From Alphaproteobacteria bacterium (GTDB lineage: Bacteria; Pseudomonadota; Alphaproteobacteria; MPNO01; UBA830), in NCBI GenBank assembly GCA_964291215.2, contig OZ219791.1:2496001-2560000 (forward strand): a stretch of 64,000 bases of DNA, in the 5' to 3' direction. The notes below the pieces were generated by a model, which searched no databases, had not been told where the DNA came from, and saw nothing but the letters and a program-made list of their open reading frames with translations. The translations under genes were made by a program, and so were the position numbers. Numbering within the stretch: the stretch's first letter is position 1; every line of letters begins with the position of its first letter. Of this stretch, positions 45,679-57,169 are shown in pieces.

Positions 45679-45995
45679 ATCTTCGCAAGGCGCCGGGGCG
45701 GAAGGCTGCAAGGGGCCGATCGGCCGGTGGCCAGCGGGGATCCGTCGGCTGAGCGGTACGGTCGAGTCTCGCTGTCGTGGATGCTGCTTCACTGCTGACG
45801 AGATGGCTAGGCTGCTGCGGTAGCGTTTCGACTGTGTGGTCTGAGCCCGGTGAGGCGTGGATCGGCGGCGGCGGCGTGCGTAATGGTCTCCGGCTTCGTG
45901 GGGAATCGCAGGCCAGAGGAGACTTTCGGCTTTTTGTGCATTGAGTTGGGCGGGAAAGTAACGCCCGGCGACGAACGGCTCACCTGAAGGCCGGC

Positions 45996-46649
45996 TCAGG
46001 CCTGGCTGTCGGAGGGGAAATCCGGCTGTTTCATGGGGTGGGCGTCTGCGAACGCATCGAGCGCCATGCAGGTCTCGAAGATCCGCATAGCGGTCGGGTA
46101 AGGGTCGATCGGGCAGCCGAACATGCGGCTGCCGACAATCTGCGGCACCAGGCAGAGATCGGCGAGGCCCGGCCGATCGTCGTGGCAGAACGTTCCCGTC
46201 CCGGTGCCGGCTGCCAGATGCGCTTCCATCGCGGCGAGACCGGCGCCCATCCATTTGTGGATCCACGCGGCGAGTTGCTCATCCGACAGGTCTAGATCCT
46301 CGGTCAGGTACTTCCGGATCCGCGGCACGATCAGCGGATGCGAGTCCGAACTCGCAATCTGGGCGATCGCGCGCACGCGGGCGCGGCCCTTGGCGTCCGC
46401 GGGAAGCAGTGGTGGTTCGGGGCAGGTCTCGTCGAGATATTCAATGATCGCGAGAGACTGGAAAAAAGCGGTCCCGCCGTCGACCAGCGTGGGTACGACA
46501 GGTTGCGGATTGACTGCCAGATAGGAGCCGTCGAACTGGTCGCCCCTGAGCAGGTCCATCGTTTCGATGTCGCAGGGAATGCCCTTGAGATTGAGCGCGA
46601 TGCGCACGCGAAAGGACGCGAGCGAGCGCCAGTAGCTGAAGAGTTTCAT
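45996..46649 (-). CDS. maiA: Maleylacetoacetate/maleylpyruvate isomerase (GST zeta class)
   Basis: MKLFSYWRSLASFRVRIALNLKG, QSLAIIEYLDE, ADLCLVPQ, AHPMKQPD. Confidence 0.92.
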   Translation of the reverse strand: MKLFSYWRSLASFRVRIALNLKGIPCDIETMDLLRGDQFDGSYLAVNPQPVVPTLVDGGTAFFQSLAIIEYLDETCPEPPLLPADAKGRARVRAIAQIASSDSHPLIVPRIRKYLTEDLDLSDEQLAAWIHKWMGAGLAAMEAHLAAGTGTGTFCHDDRPGLADLCLVPQIVGSRMFGCPIDPYPTAMRIFETCMALDAFADAHPMKQPDFPSDSQA

Positions 46650-46822
46650 CGTTTCCTTCCATAGCGTCCCGGTGTCGCGCCGTGCGCGACGCCGAAGCAA
46701 GCCGTCGCGCCAGCCTCTTTTCGCCCGGACGGATCGGCGATGCTGCTCAGGGCCGCCGGGTCGCGGTCGCGCTGATGATCCGGATCAGCGCGGGTGCGGG
46801 CCGGTTGAGGCACGGCCTGCCG

Positions 46823-47698
46823 TCATTCTTGGCAGAAGTCGAAGAGTGTAGAGCCGTTCATCCCCCTGATGCGTCCCGCCGATGCTCCGGGGAAATGGGC
46901 CGGCAGGATGATCGTGTCGGTATCGGCATAACGGTCGACGAAGGCTGTCCGGGTGCGGCGCGACTTCTCCGGATCGGTGCAGTAGACCGTGGAGAGCTGG
47001 GGCTCCGGCACCTGCAGCGGGTGGTGCATGAGGTCGCCGGAGAACACGACCCTGTCGCCGCCGCGGTCGAGGTTGAGGCAGTGATGGCCCGGGGTGTGTC
47101 CCGGCGTGGGCTCGATGGTGAAGCCGGTGTCGATCTCGAAATCCTTGTCGACGAACGTGACCTTGTCGGCCTCAACCACCGGCAGCACACTGTCGAGATA
47201 CATGTCGCGCATGTAGCTGATTTCCTCGTGCGCCGTCTCCCAGTGACGGTACTCCGTCTCGCCGAACAGGTAGGTCGCGTTGGGGAAGGTTGGTACCCAG
47301 CGGCCGTTCTCCAGCTTCGTATTCCAGCCGACGTGATCGATGTGCAGGTGGGTGCAGAACACGAAATCTATGTCTTCCGGCACTGCGCCGGCGGCCTTCA
47401 GATTGGCAAGCCAGGGCCATTTCTTGCGATGCCAGTTGGGAAAGTCGAGGCGCTCCTTGTCCTCGCCCACGCATGCGTCGATCAGGATGGTGTAGCGGCC
47501 GGTCCGGAGCAGATAGCTCTGGAAGGCGAATATCATCTTGCCGGTTTCCGGATCGATGCAGCCGGGTTCGAGCCAGTGGCGGTGCCGGTCGACGATTTCG
47601 GAGGTGGCGTCAGGGTAGACTTCGAGAGGGTCGCAATAGGGCCGTACCGCCTCGCGCACCGCCCAGATGCCGATATCCCCGCAACTCCTTGGTTTCAT
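46823..47698 (-). CDS. Metallo-beta-lactamase-fold hydrolase
   Basis: THLHIDHVGWN, PGHTPGH, FSGDLMH, PAHF; start at MKPRS. Confidence 0.9.
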   Translation of the reverse strand: MKPRSCGDIGIWAVREAVRPYCDPLEVYPDATSEIVDRHRHWLEPGCIDPETGKMIFAFQSYLLRTGRYTILIDACVGEDKERLDFPNWHRKKWPWLANLKAAGAVPEDIDFVFCTHLHIDHVGWNTKLENGRWVPTFPNATYLFGETEYRHWETAHEEISYMRDMYLDSVLPVVEADKVTFVDKDFEIDTGFTIEPTPGHTPGHHCLNLDRGGDRVVFSGDLMHHPLQVPEPQLSTVYCTDPEKSRRTRTAFVDRYADTDTIILPAHFPGASAGRIRGMNGSTLFDFCQE

Positions 47699-48171
47699 CG
47701 CCTCGTCCTCTACGACGCTGAAGCTTATTGCGCGGCAACAGCGATCAGTCAAGGGCTTAGCATTGCAGGTCACGATGATACCGCGTTTGGCTTCGGGCGA
47801 CAGTTCGCGATGGCTTTTGCCTGAACCGCGGGTGCGCCAGGCTAACTGGCAGAATGCCGCCGGGTGAAAGTCCCGGCAGGAAGAGAGGCTAACCACCACT
47901 TCCTCCGTGAATCATGCGTCGGATGTCGCGAGGCGAGGCGTTGGGGAGCGGCAGGCGTGGGCCGGGCTATTGAGAGCCACGAGATTCAGGTCAAACCGGA
48001 GTGCCGAGGTCGTCCGCCAAGCCGAAGGCAACACCCTGCGAGCCGCGTTGGTGAGGCAAGCAGGGGCTCCGCGGGGTCCGAGAACCATGGCACGCGCCGA
48101 AGCAGGGACCTGGGAGGTCTTTCAATTGCCCCATTGTCGTAGAGGGGCCGCAGAGGAAAGGAACCATTCCG

Positions 48172-49775
48172 GTAACTGCTCACCCCCTGGTTCCGGCATG
48201 ATGTCGGGGTAGAGCAACGAACGGGGTTTCGTGGAGATTTGACACCCGATTCGTTTAGTGGTGGTCATCGAGAACGACGGGGACCGCCAGTGGGCTACTT
48301 TGGATCGAAGGCGACGAGCGGGCTGTGCCAGCTGCTTCCGGGGCTCCAGCCCCTGCATGATCTGTATGTGGAAACGCATCTCGGAGGCGGTGCGCTGATG
48401 AAGCGCAAGGCCGGGCGGCGGAGTACCGGAAGATGCCGCCGAGCGAGCGCCAGGCGATGCTCGCGGCGACCGTCGAGGCCGGGTGATGGCGACGGTCAAC
48501 GCGGCGCGCGAGGAGTTCGAAGCGGCCAAGGTCGCGGCGCTGCGTGCGGCCGGCAAGGTGCCGAAAGAGGCCGTGATCCGCGTCCTCCTGCTCGACATCC
48601 TCATCGTCGTCCTTTTGGAGAAGACCACGCGCAAAACGAGCCGGAACTCCGGTCTGCCGCCGTCACAGACGGACAAGGACGAGAGCGCGAAGCGTGCCGG
48701 GAGCAACGGCAAAGGCCCGAAGCCAAACCGGCAGATGGGCGACAACCTGCGCAAGACCATCGTCGAGGAGGCGGTCGATGCCTGCGACGCCTGCGGCGCC
48801 GACGGCGTCGACCCCGTCGATCGGGAGCGCCGCGTCCTCTACGACATCGTGTTCGAGGTCGTCGAGCGCCGCGCCGAGATCAAGGAATGCCCGAAGTGCA
48901 AGGCCCGGGGCCGGTTCCCCGACAACATCCCGTGCAGTACGGAATCCAGGCCCTCGTCATCAACCTGCTGGTCGCCCAGATGCTGTCCCTGCGTCGTGCC
49001 GTCGCGCTCGTGCATGCGATCTCCGGCATCAAGCTCTCCGAGGCCTCGGCTATGCTTTCACGATGCGCTCGCGTCGGAGGCCGCCGTGGCGCACCTCCTG
49101 CAACGCCCGATGTCGACGATTTCGGATCAACAGTAAGTGGCTCCATGTCGTCGGAACCCTGACGTGCAAGTTCCCGCACCGCAAGCGCGGCCGGGAGGCA
49201 AGAGATCGGCCCGTGCTACAAGGGCGTCTTGGACTGCTGGGCCTCGTACATGGGCCAGTGTAGCCACCAGTTGTGCGGCAGCCACCTGCTGCGCGAACTG
49301 ACCTTTGTCGTCGAGGCTACCGCGCGACTGATGAAGAGCCTGCTCCGCGAGGTCTGCCACAAGGTCAACAAGAGCGCATCCAAGACCCTGAACGACCGCC
49401 GTGCGCAAGCGCTACCGCACCATCAGGGCGCCAAGGAACTGCCCGACATCCCGCCGCCGCCGAAAGGAAAACGCATCGCAAACGCGCACAACCTGCGTCT
49501 CGTGAAACACGAAAACCTGCGCTTCACAGACGACCCTGATGTCAGCTTCACCAACAATGCCGGAGAACAGAAGATCAGGATGGCAAAGGTCAAGGTGTCC
49601 GGATGCTTCCGCTCCACGCAAAAGCATGGTGCCGGGGCTCAAGCTACCTCACCTCCATGGCCGCACTCGGCTACAACCCACTCGTCGCCACCCAGATCGC
49701 CCTCGACGGAAAAGCCGCAGACATCATCAACGAGCACTACGACCAATCAGAACCCAACTAGGGGTGAGTAGATAC
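48172..49775 (+). mobile_element. IS66-family element copy D, intron-free, degenerate
   Basis: Both ends; exact 8-bp target duplication CCATTCCG (48164-48171, 49776-49783); uninterrupted FTDDPDVSFTNN. Confidence 0.94.
48290..48486 (+). pseudogene. DNA adenine methylase (Dam/D12-type) remnant inside the IS
   Basis: GYFGSKATSGLCQ...HDLYVETHLGGGALMKRK resembles the YxGxK...YxEPFxGGG N-terminus of Dam-type enzymes; stop overlaps transposase ATG (TGATG); also in copies A, B, C. Confidence 0.65.
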
Positions 49776-50005
49776 CCATTCCGTAACCCGATGATGAACG
49801 AGAAGTCGGATTCGGCCATGGTACCGTCGAAGGCGGCGAACAAGGATTCTTCGGAGCCTGCGGAGTTGCTGGAGGGAAGGGCAATGCGGTTGGCCAAAGC
49901 CCGCGCCGCGTGCAGAAGCGGGGGAGCGGGTCACAGGCGGCCGAACGCATACGACAAGCTGCGAAGAGGAATCCGGAAGAGCATCTTGTGACGTTGCTCC
50001 ACCAC

Positions 50006-53000
50006 GCGGCGCCATCGTGCTATCCCATGGAGCTGAAAAACACTCATGGAGGAAGCGAATGGACCTGCGACACACTACGACGATCGGGACTGTTTTGGAA
50101 CATCTGATCGCAAACGGAGCAACGGATCTGGGGCGGGTCTTTGGCCAGCTCTTCGAGCTTGCGATGCGCGCGAGCAGTACTTGAAAGCGGGCCACCGGAC
50201 ACCGGAACGACAGGGCTATGCCAACGGCTACAAGCGGATCGACACTCCCGCTGTTACCGTTCAGGTGCCAAAGACGGCCGGTCACGGGGACGACCCGTCC
50301 CCAGTCGCTTGAACGCGGCCAGCGATCTTCTCGCGCCGTCATGCTGGCCGTAGCCGAGATGTACATCAAGGGTGTTTCCACACGGCAAGATGTAATGCGC
50401 GAGTTCGGGAGCCTGTCCTCTTCTCAGGTCAGCCGGGCCACCAGGTTGCTCGACGAAGAACTCACCACCTGGCGCAACCGGTCCCTGATGAAATACCTGA
50501 TCCTGGATGCGCGCTACGAAAAAGCCCGCCATGACGGCGTTGTGCGCGATGTTGCAGTGCTCTCGGCCATCGGAATAGGGGCTGCAGGCACGTTCTGGGG
50601 CTCTCTGTGGCGCTCTACGAGGCCGAGATCCGAGCCTTCCTGGAAAGCTTGCTAGCCCTGCCATGTCATGAAAATTAGGTCTGGACGTGCCACTCGGTCT
50701 GCGCTAGCTTGCCGCCATGATGGCACAATCCAGCATTCTTCACACTCTACGCGAGGACGGGGCCCGGGCGCGCGTTGCTGCCATCCTGTCGCGGGAGCAG
50801 CACTCCGGCCGTCGGGCTGCGAGCCGTATGCGAAGAGTTTTCGTTCCGGGACGCGGCCGGGCGTTGGCAGCTGTCGAGTTGTCTGAAGGCCCTGACCACG
50901 TTGGCATCGTCGTATCCGGAGATCCGGCTTCCGGCACCGCAGGCTGCTGCCAACTCTCCGCGTCTTCTTGACGGAGAAGTGCCGGTCGGGGTGCCGTCCC
51001 GTCTGTCAGGGATGGCGCAGGTGCGGTTGTCGGTGGTGACCGAGGTTTCGGAGCGAACGGTATGGAACACGGCGCGCGAGCATCCTCATGGCATGACGAC
51101 GTTTGCCGGCTGTCAGGTGCGCTATCTTGTGACGTCGGAGCACGGGATCCTGGGTGCGGTCGGGATCTCGGCGGCGGCGTTGACGGGCCCGCGACCGCTG
51201 GATGGCGCCGTCCCGGCGACGGGATCATCGGGTGGTCTGTCTGAGTCGGTTTCTGCTTCGGGTGCGGTGCCGGGAGCCATGTTCTGGGGCGACTTCTCCG
51301 GCGTCTGCCGAGGGATTTCGAGGCCCGGTATGGATTCCGTCCCCTGGTGGTGGAAACCTATGCGGACGAGGGCTATGCTGGGACCTGCCTGCGGGCTGCG
51401 AACTTCGTATGTGCGGGGCGGACGAAGGGTCGTCAGGATCGTCACCATCGCGCTGCCAAGACGGTCAATGGATGCGCGGTCTGGATCGGCGACGCAAGCT
51501 GGGGGTGGGTCCGGTCGCTCCTGCCGGGGCCCGGAGACGGTCTGGATGCTGCGGTGTGGGCGGTGAACGAATTCGGAGGGGCGGGTGACAAGCGACTGTC
51601 GGCACGCCTGGTGAAGAGTGCGGCTCTTCTGGCCTCCTGTCCCGGATTCACGCGAGCACGGATGCCGACAACACGGCGATCAGTGCTTTCTACCGCCTGA
51701 TCGAGAAGCCGGTGGAGAGTGCGGTGGCGAACATTCTTGCTCCGCATCGGGAGCGCACGATCCGGGGCCAAACGACCGTGCTGGCGATTCAGCGACCTCA
51801 ATTTCTCCCGGCGGCCGGGATGCGAAGGTCTTCAGGTCATCGGCAAGAACCAGACCTCCTCGTCGGCCCGGGGTCTGCATGCGACGCTGGCGGAGACGGG
51901 GTTGCCGCTCGGGGTTCTGCGTCTGGGGTTCGATGCGGTGAAGCAGCGCTCCCCGGCGGCCGAGGAGCGGTTGAAGAGCCGGCGCGGAAGGCTTCAAGGA
52001 CATCGACGAAGCGGTCCGCGACGTCGGGAACAAGACGCGCGTGATCTCGGTCTGTGATCGGGAAGCGGACTTCTTCGAGCTGTCATCAACGTCTCAACCC
52101 ACGGGTCGGGCTTCTGCATGACCGGGTTCTCGGCAAGGGGCGCGCTGTTTGCAACCTTGAGCGCAGGCCCGGCGGCATCACCGTCGAGGTCGACGGCGAG
52201 CGTCCGAAGGCGAGCCGAACGAAGGCGCCCGACGCAAACGCGTGGCTCAGTGCGCACTGCGGTTCCGCCGCCTTGCCCTCCACCCTCGAAGGCCGCTCGC
52301 CCTTTCCGGTGTCCACATCATCGAAACCGATCCTCCCGAGAACCCGGTGCAGTGGTTCCTGCTCACCACGCTCAAGGTGCGCAGCGCCGAGGACGCCGCC
52401 AAGATGGTTGGCTTCTACCTCCAGAGGTGGAAGGTCGAAGACTTCTTCCGCGTCCTCAAGTCAGGCTGTCGCACCGAGTTCCTGCTGTTCCGGACCGCAG
52501 AACGACTGCAGCGGGCCATCGCCATCAACGCCGTCATCGCGCATCATGGTCATGACCCTGCGGCAGGTTCCCGACTGTGAGCCCGAGCTGATGTTCACCG
52601 ATCAAGAGCTGAGCTTCCTGCGCGACTACGCCGCCGAGAAGCGCATGACGCCCGCCTCGGGGATGCCGTCCGCCTGGTGGCCCATCTCAGCGGGTACCAG
52701 GATCGCAACCCGAGCCCGGACACCAAGTCATGTGGCACGGCGCGACCCAGCGCCGTTCTTGGCCATCAAGTCGGCTTCCGGGCCGGACAGCGGCAACCCT
52801 TGCAACACATTCAGGCCCTTGACGTCACGTCGTAATTGTCATTACTCGGCAGTGCTAGCCCGTGGCCTGCATGGTACGACCTTCATCGTCTCGGATGACC
52901 ATGCTGGGCTGAAAGCAGCACGACGCGCGGTGCTGGGCGCGGCGATGTGGCAGCGCTGCCAGTTCCACCTGGCGCAAAACGCCGTGCACCGAACAACGAC

Positions 53001-53400
53001 ATCAGGAAACGTATTGGAAAACAGCTCGGAGCCATGCGTCCTCACTCCAAACCGCCGAGGCTGAACTGGGCGCCCTCGTGGCCAGCTATCGCGACAAGCA
53101 TCCAAGCTTCGCAGACTGGCTGGAAAAGAATGCGGGGCTCGCTGTCTTCACCTTGCCTGATGCTCACCGCAAGCGCATGCGAACCTCGAACGGTATCGAG
53201 CGGCCGATCCAGCAAGAGCTCAAGCGGCGCACCTCCAAAGTCAGGGTCTTTCCGAACCCCGCCTCGTTGGAGCGCCTCTCAACCGCGGTCCTCGTCGAGA
53301 TCGACGAAAAATGGGAAACCGAAACCAAGGCATACATCAAATGGGAACAGCTCGATGACTGAGAGCTTCACGACAATTTCCAGACATCAGGTTGCGTAAT
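50006..53400 (+). mobile_element. IS256-family element, degenerate, interrupted by IS4
   Basis: YANGYK, EMYIKGVSTR, YLILDARYEK, SDDHAGLK, WQRCQFHL, RTSNGIER; right end TTTCCAGACATCAGGTTGCGTAATC. Confidence 0.9.
50658..52852 (+). mobile_element. IS4-family element with N-terminal DUF4338-like region, degenerate
   Basis: Ends CTGCCATGTCATGAAAATT / AATTGTCATTACTCGGCAG, 8-bp duplication TGCTAGCC; VETYAD..YAGTCLRAANF, GDKRLSARL, WFLLTT, YLQRWKVEDFFRVLKSGC. Confidence 0.88.
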
Positions 53401-53754
53401 CCTCCCGTCATCACCGCTCGTAAGCCTTTGAAGATTATTCATGATCGACGCCCAGGTGCCGTTCTTGCTCCACCGGTTGAAGCGGTTGAAGCAGGTCGTG
53501 TACGGACCGTAGCGCTCCGGCAGGTCGCGCCACGGCGTACCGGTGCGAAGCACGAAGAATATCCCGTTCATGACCCTCCGGTCATGCACCCGCTCCGGGC
53601 CCTGGTGCTTGTCAGGAAGCACCGAGCGGAGAACCTCCCATTCCGCGTCGCTCATGTCGTGTCGGTCGCCGCTCATCCTTCACTCTCCTTGTGAATCGCT
53701 TTCGACAAGAATAAGGCAGATCATGCAAAATGTCAACATTTGGGTACACAGCCT
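53401..53754 (-). mobile_element. IS5-family 5' fragment truncated by IS256
   Basis: MSDAEWE, DRRVMNGIFFVLRTGTPWRDLPERYGPYTTCFNRFNRW; end GGCTGTGTACCCAAA. Confidence 0.88.
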
Positions 53755-53818
53755 AGTATAGTCGCCTTGCATTGAACTGACCATTATTCGAATATGGGCG
53801 CGGGGGGATGCATGAACG

Positions 53819-56800
53819 ATGGTGATTCGAGGAGGGGCGTCAGCCACGGCAGACCGTCCGCAATCCGACCCACTGAATGCCATCGTCGACAACTATGGCG
53901 GTCGCTTCGTCGGCGAATTCCTGCGCGAGCGGGTCGAACCCGGTTCAGACCTGTCGATCGTTTCGGCCTATTTCACGATCTACGCCTACGATGCCTTGCG
54001 CCATGCCCTGGAGAAGGCAGGAAGTACGCGTTTCCTCTACGGCGAGCCGAGCGCGGTTGGCGCGGTGGACCCCGGTGGGGACAATGCCAAATCCTTCCTC
54101 CTTAACGAAGACAGCGGCATGGAGCTAAGGCACGCCTTGGCGCAGAAACCGCTGGCGAGGGCCTGTGCCGAATGGGTCCGGAAGCAGGTCGAGATCAGGA
54201 CCATCGCCCGCGCCAACTTCCTGCATGGCAAGCTCTACCATGTCGGGCAAGAGGAAGGGGCTGCGGCCTTGGTGGGCAGTTCCAACTTCACACGGCGCGG
54301 GCTCGGCTTCGGCGCTGTGCCCAATGTCGAGCTCAATCTGGAGGTCCGCAGCGACGAGGACCGGGCGGAACTCCTCCGCTGGTTCGACGGCCTGTGGAAC
54401 GACAACAGCCTGACCCGCGACGCCAAGGCCGACGTGTTGGCTGCGCTTGAGCGACTGGGCCGGCCCTACGCTCCTGAGTTTGTCTATTACAAGACGCTCT
54501 TCCATGTCTTCGAGAGCTGGCTGGAGCGGCATGTGGAGCGGGACGGCCTGCTCCACGATGTCCACTTTCACAACACTGAAATCTGGAAGGCGCTCTACCC
54601 ATTCCAGCAGGACGGCGCGACCAGCGCGATCAACCGCCTCATGCGCTACAATGGCTGCATCGTCGCCGACAGCGTGGGCCTCGGAAAGACTTGGACGGCG
54701 CTGGCGGTCATCAAGTTCTTCGAGTTGCGTAATGAACGGGTTCTCGTCCTGTGCCCCAAGCGGCTCGAAGACAATTGGGTCCGCTACGCGGCGTGGGCGG
54801 CCTCGCGGAACAATCCCTTCGAGAAGGACCGCCTGAGATACGCGGTGCGGGCGCATACGGACCTGAGCCGCTATGAAGGCCGGGCAGGAAGCGTCGACCT
54901 CGCCCAGTTCAATTGGGGCTCGTTCGATCTGATCGTCATCGACGAGTCCCACAATTTCCGCAACGAGGGCCGGGACCGGTTCGATGAGGACGACAATCTC
55001 GTCAGGCGGAGCCGTTACAACCGCTTGCTGGAGGAGGTGTTGAAGAGCGGCGCGCGGACCAAGGTGCTGATGCTGTCGGCAACCCCGGTCAATACCAGCC
55101 TGCGGGACCTGCGCAACCAGATCTACCTGATGACCGAGAAGCGCGAGGACGCGTTCCGGGACGCGCTCGGCATCGGCAACATCCAGTCCATGTTCGGCGT
55201 GGCCCAGCGCGAGTTTCAGCAGTGGGAAGCGGCCCGGCCCGCCGGGCGACGCCCGGACAAGGCGGCCCTTCTGGAGAGGCTCGGCGTGGATTTCCTGTCG
55301 TTGCTGGACGCGGTCTCGTTAGCACGCTCGCGCGACCATATCCGCCGCTACTATCCTGAGGTGGAGACAGCCATCGGCGGTTTCCCCGACCGGGCGCAAC
55401 CGCTGAACCTGTACCCTCGGACGGACAGCAAGGGCGCGTTTTCCTATGACGACATGCACCGGCGGATCGGGGATTTCCGCCTGGCGGTCTATATGCCGTC
55501 GCAATATCTGAAGGACACATCGAGCCTCGACGAGGAGAAGGCGAAGCTGCGCTTCGACCAGCGCGACCGCGAGCGCTGGCTGATCGGCATGATGCGCGTG
55601 AACCTTCTGAAGCGCCTCGAAAGCTCGGTGCATTCCTTCACGCTCACCATGGCGCGCATCCTCGAAAAGATGGACGCCCTCGACGACCTGATCGGGAGAT
55701 GGCGGGAGCGCGGACCGGTCGAAGAGATAGACGCCCGGCCGGACGACGACGAGGAAGATGAGGAATTCGCCATCGGCAGGGGCCGTCGTTACCGGCTGGA
55801 CGAACTAGATGTCGACCGCTGGCAAGAGGACCTGCGCGAGGACCGGCGGGTCTTCCGGGACCTCTATGAGCGGGCGCAGCGTGTAACCGCCGAACGCGAC
55901 GATAAATTGGCTACCCTGAAACGGGTGCTGCGGGAGAAGGTCGAGGCCGCGCCGAAGGACAAGGACGGGCGGGCGAACCGCAAGGCGCTCGTCTTCACGA
56001 CCTTCGCCGATACCGCGAGCTATCTCTATGACCACCTCAAGGGCTGGGCGCGGAACGGCCTCGGCGTCCATATGGCGTTGGTGACCGGCGGAAATGGCAA
56101 CCGCAGCAGTTCGGGCGAAACCGGCTTCATGGAAATCCTGGCCCGGTTCGCACCGAAGGCGCAGCAGGCCGAAAGCGGTGGCGGCGAGATCGACATCGTG
56201 ATCGCAACCGATTGCCTGTCGGAGGGACAGAACCTCCAGGACTGCGACCTGGTGGTGAACTACGACATCCACTGGAACCCGGTGCGGCTGATGCAGCGTT
56301 TCGGGCGGATCGACCGGCTTGGCAGCCGCAACAGGCGCGTTTCCATGACCAATTTCTGGCCGACTGAGGACCTCGAACGCTATCTGGACCTGAAGAACCG
56401 GGTCGAGGCGCGCATGGCGCTGGCGGATGCGGCGGCAACGGGCCTCGACGACCCGCTCAACCGGGACGACCGGACGGAGGACGAGCACAAGGAGGCGGTC
56501 CAGTTGGAACTCGCCTTCCGCGGCCGGCAGCTGACGCGCATGCGAGAGGAGATTCTCGATGTCGAGGAAGCCGAGGACGGCATTACCCTGAACGACCTCA
56601 CGCTGGACGATTTCATCGCCGACCTCTTGAACTTCATCCAGCAGAACCGGGCCGCCATCGAGGCCGCGCCGCTCGGCATCCACGCAGTCGTGGACAATGG
56701 CGCTCCGGCGGGACAGAACCTTCCGGCCGACCGGATACAGCCCGGCGCGATCTTCTGCCTGCGACGCAACGGAGATGCGGCGGCGCGCACCCCGAACCGC

Positions 56801-57169
56801 CTCTGGCCTTACTTTCTCGTCTATGTCCGGGACGATGGAAGCGTGCATTACACCTTCGGGCAGGCCCAACGGTGCCTCGCTCTATTCCGGGCGCTCGCTG
56901 CCGGCCGATCCGATACCTTGCAGGCGCTGGAGGATGCGTTCGACCGGGAAACGCAGCAGGGCCGGTGCATGAAGAAATACGATGCCCTGCTCGCTGCGGC
57001 GCTGCGCAGTATCGCCGGCACTTTCAGGGATGCGGAACTCGCCGGGCTGGGCCGCGACCGCGGCGCCGTGTTGACGGAGAAGCCGCAAACGCCGGACCCT
57101 GCAAGGGACTTCACCCTGGTGACATGGCTGGTCATCGCGAAGAAAGAGGCGGACAGACGCAATGGCTGA
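53819..57169 (+). CDS. PLD-nuclease-domain / SNF2-type helicase fusion
   Basis: LHGKLY...VGSSNFT (PLD-like); ADSVGLGKT, IDESHNFRN, LSATP, SEGQNLQ, QRFGRIDR. Confidence 0.92.
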   Translation: MVIRGGASATADRPQSDPLNAIVDNYGGRFVGEFLRERVEPGSDLSIVSAYFTIYAYDALRHALEKAGSTRFLYGEPSAVGAVDPGGDNAKSFLLNEDSGMELRHALAQKPLARACAEWVRKQVEIRTIARANFLHGKLYHVGQEEGAAALVGSSNFTRRGLGFGAVPNVELNLEVRSDEDRAELLRWFDGLWNDNSLTRDAKADVLAALERLGRPYAPEFVYYKTLFHVFESWLERHVERDGLLHDVHFHNTEIWKALYPFQQDGATSAINRLMRYNGCIVADSVGLGKTWTALAVIKFFELRNERVLVLCPKRLEDNWVRYAAWAASRNNPFEKDRLRYAVRAHTDLSRYEGRAGSVDLAQFNWGSFDLIVIDESHNFRNEGRDRFDEDDNLVRRSRYNRLLEEVLKSGARTKVLMLSATPVNTSLRDLRNQIYLMTEKREDAFRDALGIGNIQSMFGVAQREFQQWEAARPAGRRPDKAALLERLGVDFLSLLDAVSLARSRDHIRRYYPEVETAIGGFPDRAQPLNLYPRTDSKGAFSYDDMHRRIGDFRLAVYMPSQYLKDTSSLDEEKAKLRFDQRDRERWLIGMMRVNLLKRLESSVHSFTLTMARILEKMDALDDLIGRWRERGPVEEIDARPDDDEEDEEFAIGRGRRYRLDELDVDRWQEDLREDRRVFRDLYERAQRVTAERDDKLATLKRVLREKVEAAPKDKDGRANRKALVFTTFADTASYLYDHLKGWARNGLGVHMALVTGGNGNRSSSGETGFMEILARFAPKAQQAESGGGEIDIVIATDCLSEGQNLQDCDLVVNYDIHWNPVRLMQRFGRIDRLGSRNRRVSMTNFWPTEDLERYLDLKNRVEARMALADAAATGLDDPLNRDDRTEDEHKEAVQLELAFRGRQLTRMREEILDVEEAEDGITLNDLTLDDFIADLLNFIQQNRAAIEAAPLGIHAVVDNGAPAGQNLPADRIQPGAIFCLRRNGDAAARTPNRLWPYFLVYVRDDGSVHYTFGQAQRCLALFRALAAGRSDTLQALEDAFDRETQQGRCMKKYDALLAAALRSIAGTFRDAELAGLGRDRGAVLTEKPQTPDPARDFTLVTWLVIAKKEADRRNG

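Larger units (their letters stand above)
47832..50005 (+). mobile_element. Group II intron copy D (diverged), 5' part only, split by IS66 copy D and cut by IS256
   Basis: GTGCGCCAGG start; homologous to 2360-2875; resumes at 49784 with MMNEKSDSA; 5' flank is not IS66 sequence. Confidence 0.88.

Noticed and set aside
50717-51500. Druantia defence system from the DUF4338-like region
   Set aside because: Lies inside IS4 termini fused to the transposase; no other Druantia genes.
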